The translations under genes were made by a program, and so were the position numbers. Source: Amoebophrya sp. A120 (Eukaryota; Protista; Dinoflagellata). From it: 64,000 nt of DNA. Each line of letters starts with the position of its first letter. Position 1 is the stretch's first letter. Under the pieces are notes generated by a model. That model was not told where the DNA came from and did not search any database. It saw only the letters and a list, made by a program, of their open reading frames with translations. Shown here in pieces: positions 50,301-61,239 of the stretch. The DNA is taken from positions 922,722 to 986,721 of the forward strand of contig CAJINV010000017.1 in NCBI GenBank assembly GCA_905178155.1, given 5' to 3'.

Positions 50301-52055
50301 TTAACCCGAATAAGGCGGCGGAGACGATGAATAAACCGTCGGAGACGATGAATAATTCTTCATCGGCAGGTAGTTCTTCCTCCGGTGCTGGGGCAGGAGG
50401 GCCACCAGGTCAACAACAAAATCAGCAGGACCCGACGAACACGGCCGTTTTCCAAATCGAGAAGTGGCTGAACGACGAACAGAAGCAGGAGCTGCAGAAG
50501 ACCATCGAGCTGATCAAGCAGTGCAAGGGGAAACACCAGACGCTGCAAAACATGGGCGTCATGCAGGGCAAGGGCCAGCTGCCCGGTGGCATGACGGGCG
50601 AAGACGCGTTGCGGAAGATCCAGGAGTATTTGGCACAGCAATTCATCAAGCTCCGCACCTTGAAGGGCGCGGCGGCCTCCCGACAAGCGGAGATCGAGAG
50701 GGAAGAGCAGCGGAAGAAAGGGCCGCTGCTGATGAACCAGGGGCCGCAAATGCAACTATTGAAAACTCTCGTCCAGGAGCAACCCGACCGACCCGCGATC
50801 GACCCCCGGCAAGCGGCCTTAGCCGCGGCAAATCCAACGGGTCCGGTATTGAACTTCGGGGGAGGTGGATCCTCGGCGTCGAGCTCCAGTGCAGCAACAG
50901 GTGCAATAAACCTTGTCAACAACCAGCAACCCGCCAGCAGCAGTTCTTCTTCTCGACCCGTTTCCGCCGCGGCCTTGCTGGCCGGCGGGGAACTCGGGCG
51001 GCAGCAGTTCACGGGGAACGTGTTTCTCCCTCCGGAAACCTTCCCGGCCCGGGATCTGCACAAGAAGATTGCGGGGGAGGACGATGCATACTTCAAGCAC
51101 ATCTTGACAAAATGGCCCGGCACCGGCGTCACCTTCCACGGGCTGGCGCACGCGCAGGCGCCGGCGGATAATCGGTTAAAGATCATCGTTTCCTCCACGG
51201 ACCCCGACATGGACAAGTTCAAAGAGGCTTTTTCCAACGTGGTGGATCTCGCCGCCACGGTGACGACGGTGGTCTTACGAGAGCTCGGGGTCCCAGACGA
51301 CGAAAGGGAGAGAATCAAGAAGAGCATGCGCACGGAGATGTTCTCGATTGACGCCAACGGGACTCAGAAAAAGATTACCAAGGCGGATTCGGACGAAGAA
51401 GACACGGTGGAATCCGACGCAACCGTGCAAGGTAGCAGTGATGAAGATGAGTTTTAGCCGATTTTTAGACGATACTAGAAGTGGTGTTACACCACTTTTA
51501 TAGATGAATAAACCCAAATACACCACGTGTATTTGGGTTTATTCATGGTTTTAGTATAGTAGTCTTTTTACCGCATGGTAATATCTATATGGTGACATCA
51601 CATGGACATGGCATACGAGTTGTTTGATTGATTCGCATAATCTCTAGTAAGAACCGAAAGTGAAACATCCCGCACAGAAAAATGGTTACAGCTGCCACAC
51701 ATTTTGAACACATTTGACTACTTTAACATCTGCTACCGCTGCTGCAACAGAAGCTCCCTGCCCCAGGAGGAAGATGCATATCCTGCATGTAAGATGATCA
51801 ATGTAAATTTTTCCTCTGTCTGACACAGATGACGAGAGTCCCGTAGCTGGTGGAAACAACAACACCACCAATGGGATGAACCAGCCTGGTGGACCCCGCC
51901 CAAGTGGAAGTCCGAACTTCGGCCCTAAGGGAGGAGGTGGAAACGCTATGAACAAAGGAGGTGCTAATTATGGCAAAGGTGGTGGAAAACTTGGCGGGGG
52001 CATGATGAATAACAAAACCGGTGGTGGAGGAGGAAAAAAGGGAGGTTGGTGGTGA
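35369..52055 (+). CDS. Giant (~3,700 aa estimated) protein: chromodomain, 5 helical NPxK repeats, CCHC zinc knuckle, KH domains, Q/N- and G-rich tails; ~25 exons
   Basis: YEVEALLEHR..YFLIKWVGYDDPDFVPEEDL (35411-35520); CVNCHEFGHTIEEC (44935-44976); MSRILGRGGGNHKLMEQESGTRIYFRG (~46767-46847); frame is continuous after removing 16 TIR inserts and ~8 other introns. Confidence 0.8.
37886..38217. mobile_element. Introner-like TIR insert (TAC start)
   Basis: taccaaaaggaaaaatcccccctcccc...ggggagggggatttttccttttgata; DR cgccc/cgccg. Confidence 0.85.
38256..38512. mobile_element. Introner-like TIR insert, family A (core a)
   Basis: tatcaagcgtaaaaatgtctgggtctggaa...ttccagacccagacacttttacatttgata; perfect DR gaaga. 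Confidence 0.92.
40217..40478. mobile_element. Introner-like TIR insert, family A (core b)
   Basis: Same TIR; perfect DR gccga; restores IRPMLEK. Confidence 0.92.
40531..40675. mobile_element. Introner-like TIR insert, family C
   Basis: tatcctgtgcaaaagtatcg...cgatacttttgcaatgcata; DR gtgtt/gggtt. Confidence 0.88.
42183..42434. mobile_element. Introner-like TIR insert, family A (core a, reverse orientation vs 38256)
   Basis: Perfect DR actca; restores LELKGSNK. Confidence 0.92.
42494..42648. mobile_element. Introner-like TIR insert, family C
   Basis: Perfect DR cctct; restores SRLLDDIN. Confidence 0.9.
42813..42962. mobile_element. Introner-like TIR insert, family C
   Basis: Perfect DR ccgga; restores LDIRTPFD. 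Confidence 0.9.
43241..43507. mobile_element. Introner-like TIR insert, family A (core a)
   Basis: Close copy of 42183-42434; perfect DR ggagt. Confidence 0.92.
43575..43893. mobile_element. Introner-like TIR insert, family D (reverse orientation vs 23989)
   Basis: tatggaagtgtcaggattgaaatcgacaaagttgaaatgatttgtcatgc...tgacgcttccata; DR tggac/tagac. Confidence 0.92.
44491..44758. mobile_element. Introner-like TIR insert, family A (core b)
   Basis: DR agact/agacc; restores DFQTDTLH. Confidence 0.92.
45302..45580. mobile_element. Introner-like TIR insert, family B
   Basis: tatcatttgtaaaaacgtcccc...ggggacgtttttattcaggata; perfect DR tcaag. Confidence 0.9.
45713..45921. mobile_element. Introner-like TIR insert, family F
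   Basis: tatcgtgcgaaaaaagtgtttcactgtaa...ttacagtgaaacagttttttcttgcgata; perfect DR gaatt. Confidence 0.9.
45974..46252. mobile_element. Introner-like TIR insert, family B
   Basis: tatcctgagtaaaaacgtacccacaccagagt / actctggtgtgggtacgtttttactcaggata (32-bp perfect TIR); perfect DR caaga. Confidence 0.95.
46900..47159. mobile_element. Introner-like TIR insert, family C, enlarged
   Basis: tatgcattgcaaaagta...tacttttgcaatgcata; DR ttgca/ttaca; extra GC-rich core. Confidence 0.85.
48089..48252. mobile_element. Introner-like TIR insert, family G
   Basis: tatccacagtaaatttcccgtaca...tgtacggaaaatttgtattgcata; DR gcagc/gtagc; restores DWQRPYWFEP. Confidence 0.85.
48317..48578. mobile_element. Introner-like TIR insert, family A (core b, reverse orientation vs 44491)
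   Basis: DR gtccg/gcccg; restores VHGPVEVP. Confidence 0.92.
51504..51546. repeat. Perfect 20-bp hairpin in last intron or 3' region
   Basis: atgaataaacccaaatacac-cac-gtgtatttgggtttattcat. Confidence 0.9.
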
Positions 52056-53120
52056 GCAGAGAAATGTTGTACATCATGGTTAATTTCAGCTCTCGCAGAA
52101 AAATGAAACTGAAACGCGACACGACATCTAAAGTTGTACATGCGGTGGAAAACTATCAAAATGAAGATCATTCGGCACTAGTAGTGTCATACTGATCGTC
52201 GACAACATGAACATGTATGTGCTCCCCACACTTGAGAATATGACTACTTCATGATCCACTTCTTGGAAAGAATAAAGTAAGAAAAGTTAAATCAAAAAGT
52301 TACCGGAAGCTGATCACGAACCAATCTGACCATCGGATGAAGAAGCAAGAAAATAAGTTAGGACTTTCTTCTGTGTTACTATACGAGTTCTTTGTAAAGT
52401 TGTGAACGAAAAGCGGAAACAAAGGCAATGAAGAGTCACATCGCTAGTGGAAACGACTATACGCCATAGACTAATAATTCCTGCAGAAAATTTTTCTGAG
52501 TTGATCGTATGAATGAGATGAAATTTAGAGAATGCACACGACACCGCGACCGCCTGCATGCCGTGGGAGCGTCGGTGACAAGTAGTTTATTGCGATTCTC
52601 TCGCCTGCTCTAATTGTTCTCCACTTCCGATCTCGTTTATTTCGCTGTAGCAGGAAAAGGAATGGGAATCAAAAAAAAACAAGAAAAAGATTGTTAACAG
52701 TTTTCTTGTTGGTGGGCTTGTTGGTCTACTTTTTTCAAACAATATAAACTCTGACTCGTCGGCCGACCAATTCGCCGAAGATCTGCTCTATCACCCAGCG
52801 TCTGCGACAGCGTCAATCATCTTGCACTTGTAGGTACTAGGACTTTTTGTGCCCGCTGCTTCTGCATCTGCGGTCACGGTCTTCAGTCGTTAGTGTCATT
52901 GCGGCGCGCGGCTCTTTTCTTCTTTCTTTTTCTTGATCTTGTGTCCTGAATCTGAGCAATTTGATGCCAGTATTACGAAGACCGTGGTGAGAAACGAAGA
53001 ACCCAGCATTTTCACACCATCTTCAAGAACGTCTTTTTAATGCATTTGTTTAGTTTTCCGCCGACGGCTTGATCTTGAAGACCACGACGAACTGGCAAGA
53101 CAAACAGGACTATACGCCGT

Positions 53121-55595
53121 ATGGGACAAGCGGCCATGAGCTACCCTCTCCACCAGCGGAAGATGTTTGCATTGGTCGCTTCGTCTTCGTTTTTTGCCCC
53201 CGTCGTGATACTACTCTTCGGGTGCAGCTGCTTCTTCCAGTTCGACCTTGCCGCGTCGTCCGCTGCCACCACTAATCTTCCCGAAGTTTACAACGACAAG
53301 GGGCAGCTGAAGTGCTACATTGACAGCGACACCTCGCATCCGAAGTGCAACCATGCCTTGGAAACGGACATCGATTTGTCGTTCGAACCAAAAACCATGT
53401 CGGTCGTCCTGCCCTGCGCGAACGAACACGAGTACGCCAGGAAAACGGTGCAGGCGGTGTTTAAGTCCTTTCCCAAGGCGGAAAGGGACAAGCTGCTAGA
53501 AATCATTGTCGTTGACGACGGCTCAAGCCCGCGGCTGGACGAAAGGTGGATCAACAAGAAAGTGCAGCGAAAGTTTAATACGACGGTGGTACGGCACGAC
53601 ACCACGCACGGTTTAATCGGGGCGAAGAAATCTGGCGGAGACGCCGCGAAGGGAGATATTGTTGTGTTTTTTGATTGCCACGTCGCGCCGCAGAAAGACT
53701 GGTACACATGTTGAGTGAAGTTCATCATTTTCATTTCGGGACGTAAATCTGAATATGTATATGAATATCATGAAGTTTCTTTCGCGCCTTTCGCCGACCT
53801 GTTGAGTTTGATGGCTTGCAGGACGAGATTCCGGTGCTGAAATATGTAAGTAATATGACGAAACCCTTTCCCATGCACTGAAAATATTAAATCTAGGTAC
53901 AAGCCGTTCTTCTCGAAAATCGGGGAGAACTTCAAGCGGATCATAGTCCCCATGATCACCGACCTGGACATTGACACGTGGACAGAACGACTACGCAACA
54001 ACGGACAAGCGAAATGCTATCTCACCTTCGACGCAGATTTTAAATGGTTCAATTCTGCGGACGACGATGTTCCTGTTCTCTCCGGGGGTCTACTAGGGAT
54101 GTCGCGCCGGTGGTGGCACATGACGGGCGGGTACGACCCAGTGATGCGGGGGTGGGGCGGAGAGAACCTGGACCAGGCGTTGCGGTCGTGGCTCTGTGGA
54201 GGCGAAGTGAAAAACGCGCCGACCAGCTACGTGGCGCATATGTGGCGGGTACCGCACGACTCGAGGACGACCGCCAGATTTACCACGCCGCCGAATAGTG
54301 TCATGGTTAACAGGTAGAAGTTGATTTATTTTCGTCGATGTTGTTGGAGATTGAACTTGTGAAGAAAGAGATCAAACGCGACGAAGCTGTGTCTTCTATG
54401 TGAAATTCAAATGGAAAAAAAGCTTCATCCGCCGTCGTGAATGTTAAGTACGTACGAAGATCATGATAAACTACATCACATGATGTTGAAAAAAGAAAAT
54501 CAGATTCCGCGCAGCAAAGGCTTGGACGGGGCTTTACGCCGACAAAATGTCTGAAGAGTTCAAATACGGCCCGTACGCGCGCGGCGTGAAAGATCCGGAC
54601 GAAGCCAGCGGCAAAGCCCCGTGGTACGGGAATATCAGCAACATTCTGGAGATCAAAAACAACCTCCAGTGCCGCGACTTCTCCTGGTTTATCTGGCGGT
54701 TTGGTTTGGTCTACCTGAAGGGCGGATTGGTTCCGGAGTACACTTTCATGCTGCGGTGGGACCACCGAACGGCTGTCACGAAAATCGAGCCGGAGTCGAA
54801 CTTCAAAAAGGATAAATCGCTCGGGGTCGACGGCTTCAAATCCATCGCAGAGCGGGAGGAGCTGGTGAAGTCGACGGACTACAATAACCGGCAGTACAAC
54901 CCGAAGAAGAATGATATGTGCTTGCAGTACATGAAGGGACCGGGGACCAGTGGGGACGGTCGGGGGCACGTGGAGATGAAGCCGTGTGACAGCGACAACC
55001 ACCGACAGCGGTTCCACTGGGCGAATAAGTCGAAGTTCCCCGGGATGCGGGGCATTCGGGCGTGGAACACGGACCAGTGCTTGGACGACATTCCGAACAA
55101 CGGAAAAGTCACGACGTATGTCTGTGACGTCGCTGGGGAGGCAATGGGGCAGCAATGGTAGAGGATTTCGATTGATTTTGAGTCGAGGTAGCAGTAGTTA
55201 CAGGCACTGGAACGTGAAGTAGGCTGTACGAGCTAGTAGAGACTCATAAACATAATCCCCTTGCGCTTTTGCATGACTCACATTTTGTTTCCCGCAAGTG
55301 CAAGGGGTCAGCGTCAAATTATCCAAACAGGGGCTTCGATCTTTTCGGCAATTTGATCAAGAATGCGCACCCGGGCAGCCACGGTAACCGACACCGGTGC
55401 ATGGACGGCGGGAAGTTGAACGAGGGGACTTGTCGGGACGCGAACACCAAAGCCCGGGGCTACTGGCGCATGGAGAATTACAACATTCCAAAAGAGCGGG
55501 AACTCTACGAACGAGCATGGATCGACACACCGGAGATTTTTCAGGGCGGGAAGGCAGAAGGACGGGTTGGAACAGGGCTGGATGATGAGTTGTGA
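53121..55595 (+). CDS. Polypeptide N-acetylgalactosaminyltransferase (GT27) with ricin-type lectin domain; 4 exons
   Basis: N-terminal hydrophobic anchor, SVVLPCANE, EIIVVDDGS, GLIGAK, VFFDCH (DxH), GGYD..MRGWGGENL, VAHMWR, ricin QRF/QQW motifs; GT-AG introns. Confidence 0.92.
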
Positions 55596-55859
55596 GGGAC
55601 CCGGTTCTCGATTTTGCACGATTAACTTCCTTGCTACTAGTGATGTCATTCTTGCCGATTTTCATTTTTTTGCAGGCGAGACTAGCACTTCCAAGAAGAA
55701 CACCGCCCCTGCATGGCGATCCACACAGGGCGGGAGCCCCAGCTGCAATTACAGAATACAGCACTGCTACTTCGGCACAAGCCGCATCTCGGCGGCGGCC
55801 GCAGCGTGCAAGAATAAGCTTGGTGTCACGTAGTTGGCACATGTCTCGCCTCTGTAAAT

Positions 55860-57700
55860 CTGGGCGGGCGGATCATATTCGCGCGCGTTGATGTTGTGCG
55901 ATGTTGTTCCTGTATTCTCAATCTTACTACGCCAGTCGTGGCATGAAGATGCAGTGGGGTTTCGCCTGAGCGCACGGGCGGCGCGTCCTCGCCCCGACGA
56001 TTTTTAAAAAAAGACGAAGATCCCAATAGCACAAATAGCGCGCGCAAAGGCGCCAGGCCCTGCCGCCCGGATGTGGAAAGGATGCGCAGAGGTAGGGCAG
56101 CAGCCTCCGGGCTGGAGAAGTGGGCGCGGAAGAGTGTCTGCACCTCCGCGCGGCCGTTTAAGTACAACCCCCGCAACGCGGAGAGCTGGCCACCGCGCCA
56201 CGAATAAACGAAACAAAGGCCCGCAGCGCGGGGATTGTTTTCAGAAGCGCGGCCGTCGTCATCGTTTGCGCCCGGGACCTTTCTTGGGGCTGCGCCTGGG
56301 TGGCGCTAGAAACGGCGGGCCAACACTGCGCCCGGACGTTGGGCACGAAGGGGGGCGCGCCTTGTTGTTGGCCTCGCAGTCACTTCCTTGGGCCCCGCAT
56401 CCGGCCCGCCGCCGCGGGTCGGCTTCCTTTCGTTCTTTGCAGTTGCCCCGGCCTGCTGGTGGGGGGCCACGGAGGGAGACAGAGCCCCCCGGCGCAGATG
56501 CCGCGTTTAGTTCGCGGCGGGCCTGTGAAGCAAGAGCCCGGCGCGGCCTTGGAGCTAACGCACGACGCGAAGGCCCTCGCTGCGCAGCCCTCCGCGCGGG
56601 CCCTTCGCTTGGTCGATCAAGGAAGAGGGCACGAAGGCCGGGGGGGGGGCGAGCCGCGTACATTGGGGGCCTCGCCCCGAGCTTTTTGGGCCGGCTAGGC
56701 GCCAGATTGATAGATCGGCCGCGGCCGCCTCTGGCGCGCGCGCTTCGTTCTTTCTTTCCGCCCGCGCGCGCCTCTGGCGCTTCTTTCTTGGCGCGCGCGG
56801 GCGGAGACGGCGCGCGCGCGCCAGAGGGCACTAAGGTGACGCGTGCGCGCGGCAACGGTGTGGGTGAAGCATACCTCTGTGGGGGCATCGAGACGCCGCC
56901 GGTGTATGAAATGGAAGCGCCGACGCCGGGGCAGCTCACTCCGCCCCCCCTTCGCCGCGGAAGCGAACAGCGAACAAGGAAAGAAGCGCGCGCGCCGCCT
57001 CTGCCCGCGCGCCGCGCTTGCTTTGGCGAATGCGCCGCATCCCGGGAGGCGCGTGCGAGGAGCAGCAGCGCCCCCCACCATTTGGCGCCCTGACGCCCCC
57101 TCCCCAGCCCGGGACGCCCCCGTGCTCGTGCAGCTTGGAGGGCCCTTGTTTGGCGCCTCTGTTTCCCGCCGGGGGCGAGGGGGTGTGGATGGACCTTAAT
57201 TGGCGCAGGCGCCGGCCGGGGCCGGCTCGCCGGCTGCTGTGTTTTCTTTGGTGGCGGGGCCCTTCGGCCCGCCGCGGGCCCAGCCCCCGGCCGGCGGGCC
57301 TTCCTTGGTTGCGTCGGTGCTTGGTTGCGTTCGTTCGCTGTGTCGCTTGGGCCAAAGGCCCATGATGTTTGCGCGGCCGCCCGCCGTTTGTTGTGTTTTT
57401 TGTTGGTGTGGGCCGGAGTTTCTATCTTTGATTGACGACCCATCCCGCAGCAGGTCCTCGGACCTTTTTCGGCCTTCGGGAGAAGGCGGAGGGGCCTGGC
57501 TGGTGCCTACCTTGTCATGGATGCGAGTCAAGTGCTGTTCATTTTCTCCCACATCGCGGAACGCGTCTGGCGGGTGTTTGTGTCGATACAACTGCCCCCC
57601 CGGCCCTATTTCTATTCGCGTCACCCATTCTAGTATGGAAGCACTGCCTTTCACCGTTGGTTCTATTTTTTTGTTGTTGTTTTGCGCCGCGGCAGATCAT
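55860..57700. other. GC-rich intergenic island, probable decayed repeat
   Basis: Abrupt GC rise; overlapping R/A/G/P-rich ORFs in many frames without domains. Confidence 0.5.
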
Positions 57701-58062
57701 CTACCAGTACTCATATTGTTGAGAGACGCAGGTGTAGCTGGCTACTAAGTTACAAAGACGCCCTAGCTTCTTCGCCGTAATAGATGGCATGATGTGCTTT
57801 TCTACTAAACAGCCCGGGGAGGGCTCTGAAAGAGTTCGGAGAGCGTAGTCGTGTTCGTCTTTTTGACGCCAACAAGAAGAAGCTTCCTTCCTGGCTCTCT
57901 CATGGCTTGTTGGTGATCGAGTTCTTTCTCGGCTGTCACGAAGATGTTGCATCTCAGTACTGCATTCTGAAGACGAGGAGAAGGCGGGCGCGCTGCCTCT
58001 CCTCTCCTGGCGCGATTCGACACTGGTATAGGAAACCGGCGCATTCTGGCTAACGCGTCATC

Positions 58063-60994
58063 TTGCGTTGCCAAAAAGCTGCGACGAGCACCGCAATGCG
58101 ACATGCCGCAGTCAGAAGGCGGGCGAGTCGATCATTGTTACGACGACCGGAAAGGACGACAGGAGCCCACGGAGCGGGTACTTCTCTTCAGCCCTCAGCA
58201 AAGCCGTCACAAAATCCGGTCCCTCCAAATGAAGCAAGTGGCCGCTGCTGGGAGTCTTCTTCATCTGCAGCTTCGGCTGCGTTCTCTTCGTCCAGTTCAC
58301 CGTGTCCGTCGTCCACGACGAAAAAATGCAGCACCCCGGCGTGGTCGACCTCGAGAGTCGCCTCCTTCAGAAGACGTGGCACAAAAAGAACCCCACCAAC
58401 GTCGACGCCGCTCGACAAGGTGGACGCAAGAACAAGATTGGACATGAAGGTGGCTTTTTTGCCGAGTAGTAGAAACCCCCGTCCGAAGCTCCTATGGCGT
58501 CTCCAGCAGACACAGACGGGCGCCACTACTCAACCGCTCCACCACCTGTTCGAGCGGTGGCGACAGAGCAGCGCGTTGTCCATGTTGTTTAACTCGGTCG
58601 GGCATTTGAGCATGTGCCTGTCCGTCGCGCCGATTTGTCCGCCGAAGCTGTTTTGGATCATGCCACTGCTGCTCCTCCGGTCTGCCTTCCGGACCCATCT
58701 GGTGACAAATATGACGGCGCTGCGAAACGCGGTGACGAGACAGTGCAGCAGCGTGAGTTGCAGGAGAATCATTGCGCATGATTCCACGCCGATGTTGGGG
58801 GTTGCAGAAGGTACTAGCACAGGACGAGGCGAAAATCTAATGGCTGGAACACAAACGACGACGGTGCTGTCGGTGCCCTCCAATCAGGATCTTGCTGCGT
58901 CTTCACCATCATGTTCTACAACTTCTTCTGCTGCATCCTCTTCATCCTCCAGAAGTCCACGCGATCGGCCGACCCGCACTCCACTACCACCACGTTACGA
59001 GCTCACTCTGCGTTACGCGGGGGGCTTCCGCCGCATCCTGACGATTGGGAAACTCACGGAAAACGAGCTGCGGCAGCAGGCGACTGAGAGCACGCGATCC
59101 CGGGCTGTGGAGATCTTCGGTCCTGTGTGGGCGAAGAAGCTATTTCCGACTTTGAGGAGGCTGCCGGAAGTAGGGGAAGTAGGGGACGAGGAGCATGGGG
59201 ACATCGAGTCGCAACGACCACACTCGTTTCGGTCTTCCTCTAGACCTACGAGTGGCAGCACGTCTTCATCTTCAACAGCACACGCACACGACAACGACGG
59301 CTGCAACAGCATCAGCTTCAGCAACAGCGTCATCTCCGACACGAACCTCGCGCCCCTTTCCGCCGTTTTGGATTCCACGCTGATCTCCTTCGATCTGGAC
59401 AAATGTACGATCCCGAAGCAGCTCCGCAAGCAGAAGTTATCCTGTGCAAAAGTATCGCACTCGTAGTGCAGGCATGTGCATTACAAATTTTTTTCTTGAG
59501 GGAAATCCGCATTACATACGAGTACGATACTTTTGCAATGCATAGAAGTGGTTTCGCGACGAGGAAGAGCCGTACTTTGTGCTCGAGGAGCGGACGGAGT
59601 ACGACCGAACGCGGAAGCAAACCATCGCCGCGGAAGTGAACTGCATGGGTGTGCGCCGGAGCATCGCCCGGGCGTTGGCGATCAGGATGCTGGCGGAGCG
59701 GGCAATGAGTAAGAAGTGCATCCGCTGGTGTCACGACGGAAGGATCTTTCGCAGGAAAAGCGTACGGCGGATTTTTTCGAGAAAGGCTAGGAGGAGAAGC
59801 GGGCGGGCCGATGGAGGTACAGCTGATCGAATAGTTGTGGAAAGCGACAAGAAAACTACACATACCCACGTGGCAACTCCGGCTGCGGCGCATTCTTCAA
59901 GCGCTGAAGCTACTCCCACTGGCGCATGCGCGTCCTCTTCCTCACCACCGACATCATCAACAGGAGGTCGGGTATTTTCATCAGCGAGCGATATACAATT
60001 ACAACAACGAGGACAACGACAACCACAGCACGACCATGAGCCGAAAGCTCGCTGTTCGGTGGAGCGAGATCACGCGAGTACCAATCAGAACACAGGACGT
60101 GCAGCTGCAGCGCCATCAGCGGGTTCAAAAGCGAACGTGCCTCCCTTCGCAGAGCAGCTCAGACTAGTGCGGAATCGCGTCGATTTTCTTCTGCAACGCC
60201 GGCTTCAGAGGTACAAAGCCTCTTTGGACAGCTTTCTGCGAAATTACCATCCGGCGTTTCTACAGGGCGAGTTAGAAGTGGATGTGTTTCGAAAGGATAA
60301 GGCGAGTGATTGGAAGGTACGAGGAGAAGAAGCTGAAGCGCCCACGGCAACAAGTGGTGATCACGAAGGTTCACGTCCATCTTCATCATTCTCCTTATCA
60401 CGAATCACCCATGAGGCACCAAGAAGTGTTGGTGACGTGACTCTTCCAGGTCCGACATGTGAATATTCGGCAGAAGCAGACGTTGGCCAACAGGAAACAA
60501 GTCGCAAAAAGAATGAGGGCCATCTTCGCGAAGATCCTAAGCGGCGATACCACATGCGCACGAAAATGAAACTGCCGATCGCAAGGATACCCGCGTCTGT
60601 CATCGGCAGACCGTGGCACCACATGACGCTGAACGACGTCCGTGACTTTACAAGGAGCCGAACTTTGCTGAGTAATCTTACAGGCACATCTTCAGTGAAT
60701 CGCTACGGCAACGGCGGCGCCACGTGTAATTCCGGACAGCACGAAGATGGCCATGGCGCTGAAGGCGCAGCCAGAGGAGAAAAGAACGCTGACGATGCAA
60801 CCATCATCGAGATCGGCCCCTTTGTGTTTCACATCGTCACACCACACGCGAAGGCAGACCGAGTTAAGAGGGTCAGCTTGCAGCGGGAACTGCAAACCAT
60901 GTTGAAAAAGGACAGAAGCGACGCGCTGCGAACCTTTTTTGGTGGATTGTTGCTGCTGGGTGTGAGCCAGACAATCTTTGAGGACCTTCTGTGA
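58063..60994 (+). CDS. Hypothetical S/R-rich protein (~900 aa), C-terminal hydrophobic segment
   Basis: ORFs 58063-59466 and 59579-60994 fuse in frame (QKWFRDEEEPYFVLEE) after removing 59438-59544; first ATG ~58096. Confidence 0.65.
59438..59544. mobile_element. Introner-like TIR insert, family C, shortest copy (107 bp)
   Basis: tatcctgtgcaaaagtatcg...cgatacttttgcaatgcata; perfect DR gaagt. Confidence 0.92.
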
Positions 60995-61239
60995 AGATCT
61001 TGGTCAGTTGCAAAAAAAGAACTGCAGAACGCACGTTGCGAAAAATATTTTTACTAGAGCTACCTCCTTCGAGTTTTACGGTTCATGTTCGAGTCTTGTG
61101 GTATCGGTATGTCTATGTGGAAGCCAAAGAGCAAGCGAGCTGTCCGTAATTAAGGCCAGCTGTGGCTTTGATGCCATCAACGTGTTCTCCTTTTTGTGAT
61201 AGATTGCGGTTGGATTTGGAAGAGATACCATCTTGGGCT

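Noticed and set aside
38475-51357. Long minus-strand ORFs (38475-39614, 47679-48503, 50422-51357)
   Set aside because: Antisense shadows of GC3-rich + strand exons; no domains.
56071-57443. 340-aa and 394-aa R/A/G/P-rich ORFs
   Set aside because: Open in several frames on both strands because of high GC; no protein-like features.
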